A DNA stretch of 63,717 nt, counting the filler, from Choristocarpus tenellus KU-1152 (Eukaryota; Protista; Phaeophyceae), in NCBI GenBank assembly GCA_964200185.2. It is 9 parts of 9 records of this genome, joined end to end, with 100 filler letters (N's around TTAATTAATTAA, not from the genome) between each part and the next. Parts side by side here need not be neighbours in the genome. Positions count along the whole stretch, not along the records: positions 23,365 to 31,703 come from CAXNAD020004838.1; positions 31,804 to 42,329 come from CAXNAD020002874.1; 7 more parts are not named here. One strand, 5' to 3'. Shown here in pieces: positions 27,047-41,250 of this stretch. The stretch's first letter is position 1, and every line of letters begins with the position of its first letter. A model generated the notes under the pieces. It searched no databases and was not told the origin of the DNA. It saw only the letters and a list, made by a program, of their open reading frames with translations. A program made the position numbers and the translations under genes.

Positions 27047-30000
27047 ATGCCTCGGTAAGTAATGATGGTGCATGGTATAGTCTTGCCTGTATAATGCATT
27101 GAGTTAGAATAGAAAAGTTAAGATAAGTACTTACCATAATTGCGTGGTTTGAAGTATTGTCTGAAGTCACGTTTCACCAAAGTCGATGTCACCTCTCCAT
27201 TTTAATGAAGCCTGATTTGGCACTGCACCGGAAAATAATTCGTGAAAATATTTCGCTGGTGATTGGGGTCGTTCGTTTAGAGAGGACGGAGTTGGCTAGG
27301 GTGTTTAGGAGAAAGGCGGCGTGTTACGGGATGGGCTGTAGCTACAAAGATTCAGTACTTGAGACATTTTAATACGAAAATACCATGCAAGCGAAAGCTG
27401 CAGGATACGACCTGGAGAAGCGAGTTCTCCTTGATTGCTCAGCAGCTCGTCCATGGTGCCTCTCTCATTCGTAGCTTGAGACATAATTATCCACGTACAA
27501 TAATATATTTGCTTTCCACTAGACAACAGATCATGGGAAGCACACTTGGTGGTTTTTAGGTGGAAAATACGTGCACTGCATCTCGTTATCCTCTTGAATC
27601 GCACTGGATTGAAACACTATCTGTTTACAACGCCCCTCTTGCTTCTGTGATCAATTTTGTGTGGTCTGTCTCCTCCCTCCCTGTCAAGGTCCTCCCGCCG
27701 TACAGCCAGACCAGCAGCACGAAGGTATGATATTGGCATTAAGAACTATATACATTTCGTTGTTCTTCACTTGTACCAGTCTCGTTTGTTGCTCTAGGTC
27801 ATGTACGTCCACCTATGTGTGACTTACTGTTGATAGTCCATTCCTGTGTCAACTTCATGGGTCCAATCTTGACTTGGTGATTGGCGTCAATCCTCCGAGG
27901 TCTGAATTGATTATGAGGTATCCCTTCTTTTGTTCATTTTGTAACGCCACACGTTCCCTCGTTATTTTTCTCTGTACCAACATGATCCTTTCACCAACTA
28001 TACAAGTGTGCCTGCAGCACCTAAGGCAGCCCCTCCTCAGAACCGTCCCCAGGCCACCCCACCAGCACCACAGCAGAGCTCTGGTGAGACAATTCGTAAG
28101 GCTTGTGTGCATTATGTTTAATGGTATTTTCTCTCTCCTTGGTGCCAAGATGAGAGCCCTGTTCAAGTGTGTCGTGCATCTCTTCTTTGAACACCCACGC
28201 TATGTATGTACAGGCGGTGGAGGCATGCTATCTGGTATGGCGTCTACTATGGCACAGGGATTCGCCTTTGGAACAGGCAGTGCTGTGGCACACCGGTAAG
28301 TATATCTTGTGTGCTCTGTGCTAAACTTGAATTTGTACATGTCTCAATACATATCCCAAGTTTACACACAATTTGAGTATTGTTAGATAACCATATTTTT
28401 GTACTTGACAGTTCGTAGTGTATCAGTTGTGCAAGGAGGGATACAATTGGTTTTATCACATAACTTCAATCATTCCTAAAGTACTTGCGAGAATTTGAAA
28501 TGAGAAACACCTTGAATGGTAAGGCAGTACATGCTGGTAATAATGCCTGCAAAAAGAAATAAATCTCCAAGACTTCACAATATATTGCAGTGATAGGTCT
28601 ATATGAATATATTGATGCACTTTAGTACTAATGTCTAGGGTGTGTGACATTGCATAGCAAGATATTCGCCTCTAAACTATTGTCATACAATCAACCTGCA
28701 GATCTAGAATACCTTTGTGTTGGTTATGGAGTCAGGTTGGATCCAGGGCCTTGCACCATGTGTTTGCCTGCGGCTCGGTCCAATCAATTTTTTATTTATT
28801 TAACGCTTGGACCAGCCCGCATCCGGTCTTGTTGATTCTTTTTGCTTCAGCCCGTTTCGGAATAATTACATCTTTCTTTGGCTGTCCTTGTCAAAAATAG
28901 TAGTATACTGTGTAGTATCGTATTTTTTTTTACAGCAAAACAAAACACACTATTTGACCACATCATTTAAAGAGATAAAATTTTGGACAGGAGATCAAAA
29001 AAAAAAAGGAGGGGGGAAATCATATCAACAGTCTAGTGTAGTCTATTGTGGTTTATCATAGACCCATGTGCTAGTTTGATTTTGGTGTAACTGGCTTTTC
29101 TGGAGTTACCCCTACAGTTGTGAGGAGAAAAAGTTATTGTTGAAGGAGAGAGAGCTGAAGAAGTTTTTGTACTCTATATGTTACAGTTTTGATTTTTTAA
29201 CTGTTTTGCGCCCAGTGATTGGTCACACTAGTTTTGTTTTTGTTTTTTTTGTCCTTAGTTCAGCGCAGCATCATCCACTACACATCTCGTGCACATGTGC
29301 ATCCCCTCTTGAACCGAACTTTGGCGCATTCCTTCAAAAATGCAGCTTAGCATCTATTAATAGTCCCCATGCACAAGTTTTTTTTTCTCTAGCACTTCAA
29401 CGTTCATTTTTTAGTCCCTCAGAAATGAGATATGTACCACAGTGCCTTGCTTAGAAACTATGCTACAGAGATGTAGTTTTAGGCCAGGTATTCACCTGAA
29501 GGTATTCATTACATTGTACACATTGCGGGTGTTAAATGTGATACTTGTAATTTTGATTGTGTAACACTCAGTTGTCACAGTCTTGAGAAGGGACACTGTA
29601 TGGTGGTGTGTACCAAAATAAATTGATACATGATGGTTTGAGTACACTGAAGCAGTGTCATGATGGTGTCAGCTTAGACCTTTTCTTATTTTTTAACTCA
29701 ACTCGCCTGCACATACATGCTAGGTTTCCCTCTGTTGACTATTTGTTACATTTTCTATTCCTAACCTATTACTGAGGTAGATGAGAATGTTCGATCACAG
29801 TCATCAGCTTCATCCCTAACCCTAACCTTAACCCTTTAGGAGTTCTTTTTTGTTGAGTCATACCGTATACAACCCAGGATGATTGCCCAAAATGGTATGA
29901 AAACAAAGAATTGAAAGAAATAATGTCGCAATTACACCTTCCTACTATTTGGTGTGTTTTGGGGTCTTGATTTCACTGATAGAAGAGACTGGTTAGTCTC

Positions 30001-31295
30001 TGGGCATCCAAGTGTCTTCAGGCTCCTCCTAGAATACATGAGTAGTCATTTCATGTCTACGAGATTCATAGTGTGTATTGAGTTGCGTCTATTCACACAC
30101 TGGACTAAGGAATAATTATTTACAACCCTAACCCTAAGTATGAAAAAAAAATAGTGCTATTCAATCTCTGTCAAGTGTCTCAGAGAATCACTCAAATCAC
30201 CTAGGTCATCTTCCCCAGTGCATGCACCCTACAATGGCCTCCCAAACAGAAAATATTGAGTTTTCATTAATATGCTGTATCAATGATTTGTTTGTAAAGT
30301 TATGTAACCCTAACCCTACATTTATGAACTGAGAGGATTTTATTATTAACAGCTTGTGTCTGACTGGTAATTTGTGCATAGCTACATGCAAGCGCACAAA
30401 TGGTAAGTGGGTACATTGGAGTTGAAAATTTTCAGGATAACACGATGGATGCACATGAAAGTGTCATCAAATGTGATACAGAGAGGAAATTTTGGAGACT
30501 TGTTGTCTGCATGCAATTATGTTCAGAATGGTAATAACTGAACAGTCAGCCTAGATTGTTTTGCTATCACTCAATCACACTATTCATTGCATATGATTAA
30601 TTATTGTTGATGTCAGTTTCAGCTCTTGATGTATTTGTTGATCTGTGAGTGAAGTGTCTTTACAGCAGTTCCGGAATAGTGTTGCATTGATGTATAGATT
30701 ATTTCCCTCAATTGTCAAGAAATAATTGACAGAATGTATTGTGTTGTGCATTTGTGACTTGCTGATGAAACTCTGACTTTGACCTTATTCTTGTGACAGT
30801 GCTGTGGGTGCTGTAGCTGGATCCTTTGGAAGTGGCAGTGAAGCTCCTGCCCAGCAAGAGGTAAGTTGAAGATGTGGTAGAAATATATTGTGCTGCAGAG
30901 GATACATCTGTAATTGTTCTTATTGACCACCTAGAAATTGTTCCATGAAAAGCAGTTCGTGGAGCACATAAGGGCCTGAAAAAGTCTTGCAGCAAATAAA
31001 CAAATCTGTAATCAATGAAATTATTTTATTGGTTTTGATCTTTCGACCTTTTGCTGATGTTCTTCCTACTTTGTAACACTTTTTCAAATATAATAAAAAT
31101 AAAATAACCCCTCATTCACATCACTGTGTCTATCGCACGTACGTACTCTTGGTCCAGCAACAAGTTGAGCAACACCAGGCCCCCAGCACTGGTCCGTGTG
31201 ATTTGGACAAGCAGACCTTCACCTACTGCATGCAACAAAATAACAGTGACGTAACTGCATGTCAGTTTGCATTTGAGGCACTGCAGACGTGTCAG
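27047..31295 (+). CDS. CHCHD2: mitochondrial twin-CX9C protein CHCHD2/CHCHD10/Mix17 (terminal exon uncertain)
   Basis: Exons 27047-27054, 27689-27724, 28007-28083, 28214-28295, 30800-30860, 31158-31295 with consistent phases: MPRSSRRTARPAARSVPAAPKAAPP...GGMLSGMASTMAQGFAFGTGSAVAHRAVGAVAG...CDLDKQTFTYC...CQFAFEALQTC. Confidence 0.9.
29814..29835. repeat. short interstitial (CCCTAA)n telomere-like tract in CHCHD2 intron
   Basis: CCCTAACCCTAACCTTAACCCT. Further short tracts near 30124-30137 and 30305-30318. Confidence 0.6.
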
Positions 31296-32732
31296 GTTTG
31301 TACTCTCAAAGTAAAGTCCCAGTTGACCATGTGGTGCACACTTAACCCTGAGTTTTGAACACAGCCTACAGCATGTATGGTATGCTCCTGCTTATAATAC
31401 TGAACCCTCTAGTTGAGATGAATTGCAAGAGGGTTACATGTTTATCTACAGTTGCATAAAATCAGTGATCCTGAGTTGACTGTCAAAAGCAGTTCCAGTT
31501 CACAACCACGAATAACAGTTCCCTACATACCACAGAGGTAGAGAGGGCATAGGTAGTTCATTGCTTTGTGTGAGTTGGAATTTTGTATGTACCACACTGC
31601 AGCATATTTCTGTTATTGGTAGGCAAAGGTGAGCATGGGGGAGGGGGGGGGGTGTTTACTATTTTTGGGAATGTGAAGGGGGTGTTGATCTCAAGTCACT
31701 CCANNNNNNNNNNNNNNNNNNNNNNNNNNNNNNNNNNNNNNNNNNNNTTAATTAATTAANNNNNNNNNNNNNNNNNNNNNNNNNNNNNNNNNNNNNNNNN
31801 NNNGTTTTGTTGCTAGTTGGGGTATATTGGCCTGGCAGTTGGGGGTTTAATCCATGTCATGTCTCAGAGTGGTGTCCAGTGGCTGAGGTCATTTGTATTC
31901 TTTGTGTGTACAATGGCATCCACCAGCAAGAAAGGGTGGTGTGTGTTATGTAGGTACTCAGAGCACTCTCATGCCGCCTTGCTCTGTTCGACTGTTTTAA
32001 TAGGAGGTACTTGTACTTGTACTTGTTTGGGTCAAGAGTTAACACGAGGGGCAGAGGGGCAGCAGCAACAGGGGGGGGGGGGAAGTGGTGCCAAGGCAAA
32101 GAGAAACCGAATCATTTCTGAAGGAGAACACAATGCATGATAGCTTTTTAATTTATTTCTAGATAATCAAGGAGTAGCTGCGCTGCCTGCCCCAATGAAG
32201 CTCCTTAGTGTATGCCATGCCAATAGAACGGGTTCTATGTGTGGTAGTGGTTGTGCTACCTTGGTAGGGATTGGGTGAGGGGCAGGAGGATGCACTGCTG
32301 TCTCATTACTCTGAGAACCCCTCATGGCAGGATTCCGTATAGAATGCAGCTCCTGGACTAAGTTGTCTCGTCAGAGGCACTGTGTAGCTTTTGGTTTGGT
32401 GTCATGAGGGGGGAGTAAATGCAAACTGCTGTTGTGGTCCCTAATCGGGCTCATTTTGTGTTTTTGTGTCTTGGGCTGATCTTGCTGGTGGGGAGAAGAG
32501 CAGATGGACAAGGCGAGAGATCGTTGTTTCTAGTGCCTGGGGTTCTGGCTCAGTAGGCGTGGGAATAAGATTTCTTGGCTGCTGTAAGTGTGTGGGTGCT
32601 GCTGAGGTATAGATTTGTGTGACGGACACAGGGGAGTCATGGACTTTGGTCTGTTGTATGGGTGTACATGTCCTTACAGTCGCTGTTGCGTTTTTTGAGG
32701 TGTAATTAGCAGACTGTGCAATTCTTTGTGTA

Positions 32733-32894
32733 GGCTCAAAGTATCTGGGGGGGGGGGTGGCGTCTGTCCATTTGGGGTCAATTTTTTCATGTCGCGACTT
32801 TTGGGTGATTTAGTTGCATACATCGGATGGACAGTTCAAATACACTTTTCCTGATTTTGACCCAAATAGACACCCTGGTGTAGACCCCCCCCCC
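32733..32894 (+). mobile_element. ~180-bp MITE family B copy (right end decayed)
   Basis: Starts GGCTCAAAGTATCT(G)n; interior matches 43490-43672. Confidence 0.7.
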
Positions 32895-35807
32895 ACCACC
32901 ACCACCAGAAAGAGCATAATGGATAAAGAGACATGTCACTCCCTGTTGGCTATGTCTGGAATTGATATTTCACTCCACCCACTGCATTATGATAAAAACC
33001 AAGGCGACAGGTTAGCCTGTGAACCAGTGCCTGTTACCTAGTCTATAGTTCTCACCCCCTTTTTGGGGGGATGTTTTGCGTATTGACTACTGCCAGTTAC
33101 TCTGACTAAGAATACATACTAAGCGCAGCAACAGTATGTGTGAGTCTGTGTTGCTTTCAGGAAAGGCCTTCCTCTGATGGACCAACCAGATTTGTGTATT
33201 TGAAACAAGAAATCTGTTCAGTCCTACACACATGTTTCTTACATATAGCTGAACCCACTCCTCCTCTGGAACTACTAGGTAATCTAGAAACATGGAGCCA
33301 AACCAATTGGGAGGTAGGAAGGCTTGAACCCTTTTGCATTCTAAGCCGTCTCCCTTGCCCTTGGTATACACTCTTTTTCCACTGCTTTATTTGCACTATA
33401 GTTTTTTGAAAAAAATATATACTCTCCATTTCCACCCACAAAGTGACACCACACTTCACCGAAGCCCCTTTTTGCAATTGTACAAAAAAGAAAACCTTCC
33501 TCAGGATCCTTTAAACACAACTCTGCCAAACTATCCACTGGTTTGAGTCATGGGAAGAGTCCCACAATTCTGTCAAGTCCTGTCTTGCCTACTAGGCTGT
33601 TTGGTAGTGTCTTTAGCTTGAGTTCAATCTGTCACAAGCCTGCCTTCACTACTCCCTTCCTGCTAAACCCCTGCCCACTACCGCCCACTACTAAATGTGT
33701 CACCACCTCATGTAGAAATCGCTCTGCTGTTGTTGTGTGAAGATGTCCAAACCTAGCATTCTACCACCATCGATCAGCAGCAGACAGTGTACTTTTGGCC
33801 TTTGTTGTAGTAGTCACACATCTCTAAAGCGTAAACAGTGTTCCTGCCCATCCCAAAAAAGCTTTCCTTCATAAAACCTCCACACTTCTTCTCAGCTAGA
33901 AACAGGCTTTACGAGTCTATCATGAATCATGCACATGCATGGCCTAAAGAGATAACCCAATGGACTTTCTTCCGGTCACTTGAAGGAGGGTTGTAGGTCC
34001 TACAAACAAAACAGAAGAGTCACGTGTAATAGCAGCCTTTCCGCAACCGCTAACTGTTCTCCAAAAACAGAATATGTACAACATTACCTTGTAGCTGGTG
34101 ATCAAGTTACTACATTGTTGCACACGCATGTTACGTGCCTTATTTACAGTAGACAAGGAATATCCTACAACCAGTGAGGTAAGGTAAGAAAACCAAGCAA
34201 TTTAAAGGAAAGATGCCAACAAATTACTCTTATGTCTGCCTGTCTAATCACTGTGGATCAAGTTTGTCGCATGTACAATAGAGGACTACAGTACCTCATG
34301 ACAAGCAGGTCAAGTACAAGTGGATTATCTCAGTTCCTCAAATCTCTTTCCCAGGATAAGTACATTTTTTTGTAGGGCATACATAGCATTTTTTGTGTTG
34401 TGTTCTTAGAATATTCTTGTTCTGTCTTTGCAGACTACTGGCAAGGTGTTCAGACACTGTGGGCAGATAGTACAATCTGCATCAAGTGCTATACTAAGAA
34501 TGCAGCAGGGTCAGCTGGGAACACCATTACCTCCCTACCTACTGTAAAGGAGATTGATGGAGTATATTTCAAACATTGATCAAACTCTACTATCAATAAC
34601 TTTTAACTGTTGCTTGCTTTGGGTACACATACCGAGAAGTAGGCCAACAGCATCAGACTGAATGATAAACGTGCCGTAAAAGTGGTAGTGAACAGCTCCA
34701 AATGACCACTGTAATACATAGGACATTTGCTGAGTATGGTGACCAGCAGCATCATAGGCAGACGCCATCGCCTTCATAAATCCAATTGCTCCATTCAGAG
34801 CAGCCAACACACACAAAATATGCAGCACAAAAAATCCGATGTTGCTTCATATCAGTAACACCTACACTTCAGGGTACTAAACAGCCATCAATGGATGGGG
34901 TCACAGTGAGAACCTACCACAAAAATCAAACCAAGTCCTGGCACGGTGCAGTCCAATCTACACTTCAACTGCCCCATCATAGTGTGTGTTGATCCTCCAG
35001 CACCAACATATTCAGGCGGGGGGCCTATGAACTACATGTATGCTGCTCGGCAAATATGTCCTCCACATTGCTATTAACTCTTCTATTATCTCAGCCATGC
35101 CATGCATTCTCCAGAGTTTCCCAACATCACAAAATACGAAATGCACTATCTGACCCAAAATCGCGATACAGTCAAAGGTCCCTATTCACCAACCCCCACC
35201 TCCATGTGGCAAAACCTCAGGCCATGTTACTCACCTCTCCACCTTTCCCACCAATCCCACATTTCACCACCCACATTAACCTACTCGCAACAGAAGAAAA
35301 GGGTCAACAGTCAAGTGAGGAAAAAATATTGTTGCACAACAAACAATACCTGTTTCTTAACAATCTCTCAGTACCACCTTCCTCACTATGCAGACAGACA
35401 GGCAGGTGTCCTTACCACCAGCCTTGCTCACACCACCAATACTGGAGGCCTGTCACACACCAAACCCTGCTCCCCTTGTCACATCCCTTTTGCATGGCAC
35501 CTTAGACAGCAAACTGTTTCAACAAAAGGCTGGGAGGTTCCAGTTTTACACAATGACCATCTGCATACGAACACACACAACCAAACTCTTCTCCCTACTC
35601 TCTCCGCATGGCTACTGCGGTAACCGATCACTCAATCTCAATCGCCTTCAGGTACTCAACCAGACTCTTGACCCTTTTCCTCCAGCATAATGAGCTGACC
35701 TCATGGGCAGACAATTAACCAAACCAAAACTCCCACAGGCAACCAATCTCGTTCCTCTTCTCCAGTTGTTGCCCCTCCCCCCTTCCGCCCAGACTGTAAT
35801 CATAAGC

Positions 35808-38800
35808 TTAGTCGTCGTCGCTGCTGCAGTAATGTAAGCAAAACACCAAATCCCAAGGAGCATCGTATTGGTTAGATGGTGAATGCAGTATACAACGGAA
35901 GTTCTGACAGTCATGAATCCTACACATGAGACGGATAAAACATGCAGCAGTTGGCAAAGCCTGAAGCAGCAGCACCAGACGGGATCTGCAACTTAAGCTC
36001 GAATTTCCACATAACCACTGCTCTGATGCAAAGAGATGAAAACTGCACAGAGTCAGTAGGACACCTTAGCATCATGTGACGAGGAATAAAAGAGGTATAT
36101 CTCCTCACTCAAGCAACCAAGAAAACGTTCCCGTTTCCCTTACAATAACATGCATCTGCACCACCTCTTTCTACAGCAAACACCGCCTCTCCATTCACCG
36201 TACTCACGTACATTCTCAAGGACGCCTCAACAAACACATCTACCGTGGTACTTAGAACTATCTTCCAGTTAGCTACAAGTTCCAATAGCAGAAAAAAAGA
36301 CTTGATGGTTGGAGAGCATTAGGTTAACCTCCTGATTTTCAATAGAACAATCTCTTTGTGGGTTGAGATATCTCCCTTCCGTCCCAGCAACAAAACTCCC
36401 CTAACAAAAACACCGATGCCCCCAGGTCACCCAAGCACCTCTCACCTGTCATCGTCATGACTATCATCATCCCCCTTCTTACCACCATTCTCAACACCCT
36501 TTTGCGCTCCAGCAGCCTGACCAGCAAGGGTAGGGGGATGGGAATGGGTAACTAACCAAACACCTCAATGGTACATGTTACTTCAACACCATCAACAACA
36601 AGTGGGTGGAAGTTACCACTTCGGAAGAAAACCCCTATCAAGTCAAGTCAACAACAGAGCCCACTTCATTTGAAAATCTTCCTCTCATCAGTTCCCAACC
36701 AGGGTGAATATCGATAATCGAACTCCTCATTAAAAAAAAACGCGGAAAATTGTTCAGATTGTCACAGTCCATCAACCACAGCTTTTCCGCAGTGCCAAAC
36801 AAGGAACCCTCCCACAGCTCTACTTATCCAACACAATCACATGTACTTAGCACTATACAACAACACACGTTCCTCATCTTCACCACTCCACCCTACCGAA
36901 CCCTCCTTCTCACTTCCCAAATCCTTCCTTTCTAAACAGAGTCCCATCAATTCCGCACCTCATCCTCGCTATCAGTATCGTCGTCGTAGGTATGCATGAC
37001 CTGCTCAAATAGAGTCGGTTCATTGTCCAGCTCCAGGTCATCCGGGTGAGGCTCATATGCTGGCAGAGTAGATGCACTGATCACCTGGAGAGGCAGAGGG
37101 AAGCAAAACAAGAGCAAGAGTCAGCATGAAAGGTCATCAAGGCAGCCTTCCAGCTCAAAGCCACACAAGGCTCACACACTGACAATTAAAAATTGTGGAC
37201 ACTGGAGGGGCAAGGGTAATGGGGGTAGGGAATATGAAGGGACATGAAGCGGGTCAATTAACCTTGGATGTATCATAAGCAGCACATGCAAACCTCCTGA
37301 ATACACTACACCTTTTGTTTCCCACCTCACGTATACATGCACATACATATTTCAGAGGTGGATGGGGGTAGAATGGGGGGAATGGGAGCTTGCCTCAAAC
37401 TCTACAGTCCTCTTCTGGTCCAACCCCACATAGCTGTCGCTCTTCACAAACACATCTAGCTTCACTGTCCCTGGCTTGTTTGGTGCCATCATCTTCACCT
37501 GTGGAAAAAACATTCGTCGAAATGAAAAAACGCATGATGAGCAAAGCAGAGAGAGCATGAAGGGACACCAAAACAGACAGACAGACAGACAGGAAGACAG
37601 CAACGACAACATCACTGCACAATTCGAATGCATTTGCATATCACATATTGCAGCATGGACACACACCTGCCTCCACTTCAAATGCACGGGGGCATTTAAT
37701 ATGGGTGCACAGATAAAGCAACATCCAACTAATCGAATATTTTTCAGCACACAATCAACACATCAGGTATTGAAAAAGAGCCAACAGGTATTCAAAATCC
37801 AACAAGACTGTCAGTTCTCATCTCCATTCTGACCTACAAAGAGTCTCAGCAGCAAGAAGATGGAAAACCAAAAACAATTCATCCATTTGAAATCCCCATC
37901 CCTCCTAGAAAAAAAAAAAGTTATTCAGATACAAGACACCACACTTCAAATCAATCCTGATAATGAACTGACATCCCCTCCCCACCCCCCTACCTCCTTG
38001 GACACAACCCGGCTCTGATCAAAGATGCGCTCAAAGCTGAAGATGGTCTTGCGTCCCTCATCCCCAACAACCACCCACCACCCCTCCTCCCTTGGCACTG
38101 GATACCGAGGAGCATACACTGGCATAGCCCTCCCCCCCTCAGCCACATTATTGCGAGTTAATGTCACCTGTTTCATACACCACAACCAACAGGGTTGGTA
38201 CATCATAGGAGCAGTAAGGAGTGGCGGCATTTGACTGGAGGGGACAGGGAAGGGGGTAGTACCACCCATGAACATAATCATGGACATGTCCTCTTTCTCA
38301 ATACAGGGGTTGTATTTCCGTCTCTAATGTATGTCTTACAAGCAGCAGCGGGGACTCAGGCTAAGTGAGATAGATCACGACTTGTATCAAACTTCACCAA
38401 TGCCACAGGAACCCTTGCCTACCTTGATGGTGACAAGGTCATTCTCGGCAATCTCCCCCTCGTCCTCCACAAATATGTCCACCTATTGACCGGTCAGTGG
38501 GATGTGGGACAGACAGCAAGAGAGACCACACATTAAAACTATGGCACATAAGAGACATAGAAAACGAGGGAGTTTGTATAGAGCTACGTCTACACACGAC
38601 ATAGCTGGTAGTGCAGTAACGTGCTTCATCATCTAGGTAAGTGGGGTCGTAATATTGACCTGGCCAGTAATCAAGAGGCAGAAATTCAAACGAGAACAGG
38701 ATGAAGTACCATATGATGAGGGGCATGGGGCAGCGTAGTAAGGAGGACACACATCATATCGCCGCATCATTTCCACCTTCAAAGAACAGAGAGAGAGCTC

Positions 38801-39348
38801 AACCTCATTGTATCATAACGAAATTCAAACGCACATTTCGATCGCATGCACGCCAAAAAAAAAAAAGAGCCCATAAAGTCAACTAAACAGAAGGTGCTCA
38901 AAGATTCTCTGGTGCTTGGAAACGAATCTAAAGTTAAAATCACTAATGAATCTAAAATTACAATCACTAACGTTAGAAGGAGCACACAGCTACAAATGCA
39001 CAAATACGGTAGTGCTCCTTCCACTCAAGCCTCCAAATAGAATGTTCTGGAAGCATAAATGAAAGTAAAGACTAGAGAGCAGTAGAAACAACGCATCGTT
39101 TCCCTCACAGGGGTGTTCTTACCGTGACATCGATGTCCGGGATGATATCGCACACTTTGTGCACATCCTCTGCCTCAGCTTCACTCTTCTGTACCAGGCC
39201 CTGCAAACAAAAGCAAAACACACGTAACAATATAAGGTATCCGTCAGCACATAGATACACCAATAAAAGGGATGGGATCAATCAACAAAAGAGTATACCT
39301 ATTATACCCACGAGGCAAAGACATGAGGACATGTTCTCGCAGGAGGTA

Positions 39349-39389
<41 letters not shown>

Positions 39390-41250
39390 AAAAGGGGGGG
39401 GAATAGCAAAAACCATTGATGAATGGGAACATGAACAGTAGAGAGGTATCGCTCCCTTCATATCTACATTTGAAAAATTAACTTGAAATGTGATCACAAC
39501 CACGGCTCTACTCATGTTACACCTACTAACACAAATTCAAACTAACAAAAGAGTTCTCTCACACCAGATAAGGCAAATGAATGCAAACAGGGTTCTACAA
39601 CACAATACTTCTTAGTGGCCGACTATTACACGTGATGGCTATTATAACAGACTGCTATTATATAGAATACCTATTATATAGGATTACTACCATATTTTTT
39701 GTGTCACAGAGGAGGGGAAAGCACTCTACCATTCAGACTCGCAATGACAACAATCAAGACGCGTGGAGCCGGTGCCATAACCCGTCCCATCTCCATCACT
39801 TCTACTTGCCCGGCGATCTTCCTTGCTTTGCTTGATGTACTGTGCAAGATTCTTGACCCCTGTTTTGGATGATGTGATGGCTTTGACCTCTTGTGGACCC
39901 ATGTGTGGAAGCTGCCACCAGCAGGACAACATCAACACATGAAAGTTTGGAGTGTGTGTATGGGGGGGAGGGGGGCAACAGGGCAACACAAAAAAAAGTT
40001 ATCAAACTGATAGTTAACAAGCTGTGCCACGTTGAGCAAACCTCTCTCTGCAACCATGCAGAGGTATGCCTACATCCTAGAAATCTTGAAACTCTTATCA
40101 AGTGACCTATTATAGATCAATGATTTTGTGCTGTCTGGTAAACACACGTAAAAATGGTTGGAAGGATGCAGTCTGCTTTCATGCTCTTGTCACCACTGCT
40201 TCGGTGCCTTGGGCTAGCACCTTAACCCTTTGATTTCCAACTATAAACAGTGCGCACACAATTAATTGCATCTTATCCGGGGGGTGAAGGAGGTCATCTC
40301 ATTCGGTCATCAAGAGGATGGACTAAGCCAAACAGTGAGATACGGATATCGAAACCACTACAACGCTATTCTTCTTTTCCTACCTGTCGAAACCCTCAGG
40401 GGCAATTTGAATGCCCATACCCCCGTAGCACTATCAGTAGCACTAATTCTTGAAAAAACAGTATATTTGTAGATATTTCTTACCTGCTTCAACGGGTTGT
40501 CCTTGGCCCAGAGGCCCTGTGTGATGTACTGACTGAATTCAATGACATATAGGCTTGTCTTCAACCACCGACGGCTGCAGGACAGCTCAATCATTGCCTC
40601 GATCAGGTCTGGGGTTTTGATAAGCATCGTGTCCAGGTTCTGCAATTACATTCCCCGATAAGAAGCAGTCACCAAAACAACCATGTATGTAGCAAGCACA
40701 AAGGGGATTCAAAAAGGTCAACAGTTACCCACAGCTACAGCCCTGATAAACAAAACAATTATTTGACCAGCTTACGGTGTGAAAATGGACAGGTGAGGAA
40801 CTCAACAACTCCAAATAAATACTCAGTAAAGAAAAAGTAGTAATCCTAGTCTTAACTGTATCAATAATAAGGCTTTGTGTAAGGGATTCAGACAACACAA
40901 CAGGCAACACAACAAAAACTCAACAGAGACCATCCAATCCCACCAAAACCCTCACTCTGGAAAACACCAAAAACCTTTCTTTCAAGAGTGCATGGCAATG
41001 GTAGAAATGATGAGCAACTGGGGAGTGTACACCGGAGGGAGAGCAGGGGGGAGAACAGGATTCCAGCGAGTGAAGGGGAAGAAGGGGGGGCACGGGCGGA
41101 TCACTAAGCCATTCCATTTCCCGATGAGTAGACTCCCACCTTGCGGAGCTCTGGGCTGATGTCCAGCTTTGCCAGGTGCGCAAATATCAGCACGGTTCCT
41201 TTCTGTATAACGGGGTGATCGTACTTGGTCTTGGGCATGATACTACTTTC
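35808..41250 (-). CDS. SEC63: ER translocon protein SEC63, 3' part (Sec63 domain + acidic tail); 5' exons absent
   Basis: Exons 41250-41140, 40639-40484, 39911-39810, 39200-39123, 38482-38423, 38167-37994, 37498-37394, 37084-36959, 36516-36446, 35823-35808. Motifs IEFSQYITQGLW, PLKQLPH, ENDLVTIKVTLTR, VYAPRYPVPREEGWWVVVGD, KSDSYVGLD and an acidic C-terminus. Confidence 0.9.

Noticed and set aside
34148-34550. Exon-like pieces giving PTTSE/TTGKVFRHCGQIV, or a CHCHD2 last exon
   Set aside because: Lies on a different contig from CHCHD2, and the hAT-like resemblance is weak.
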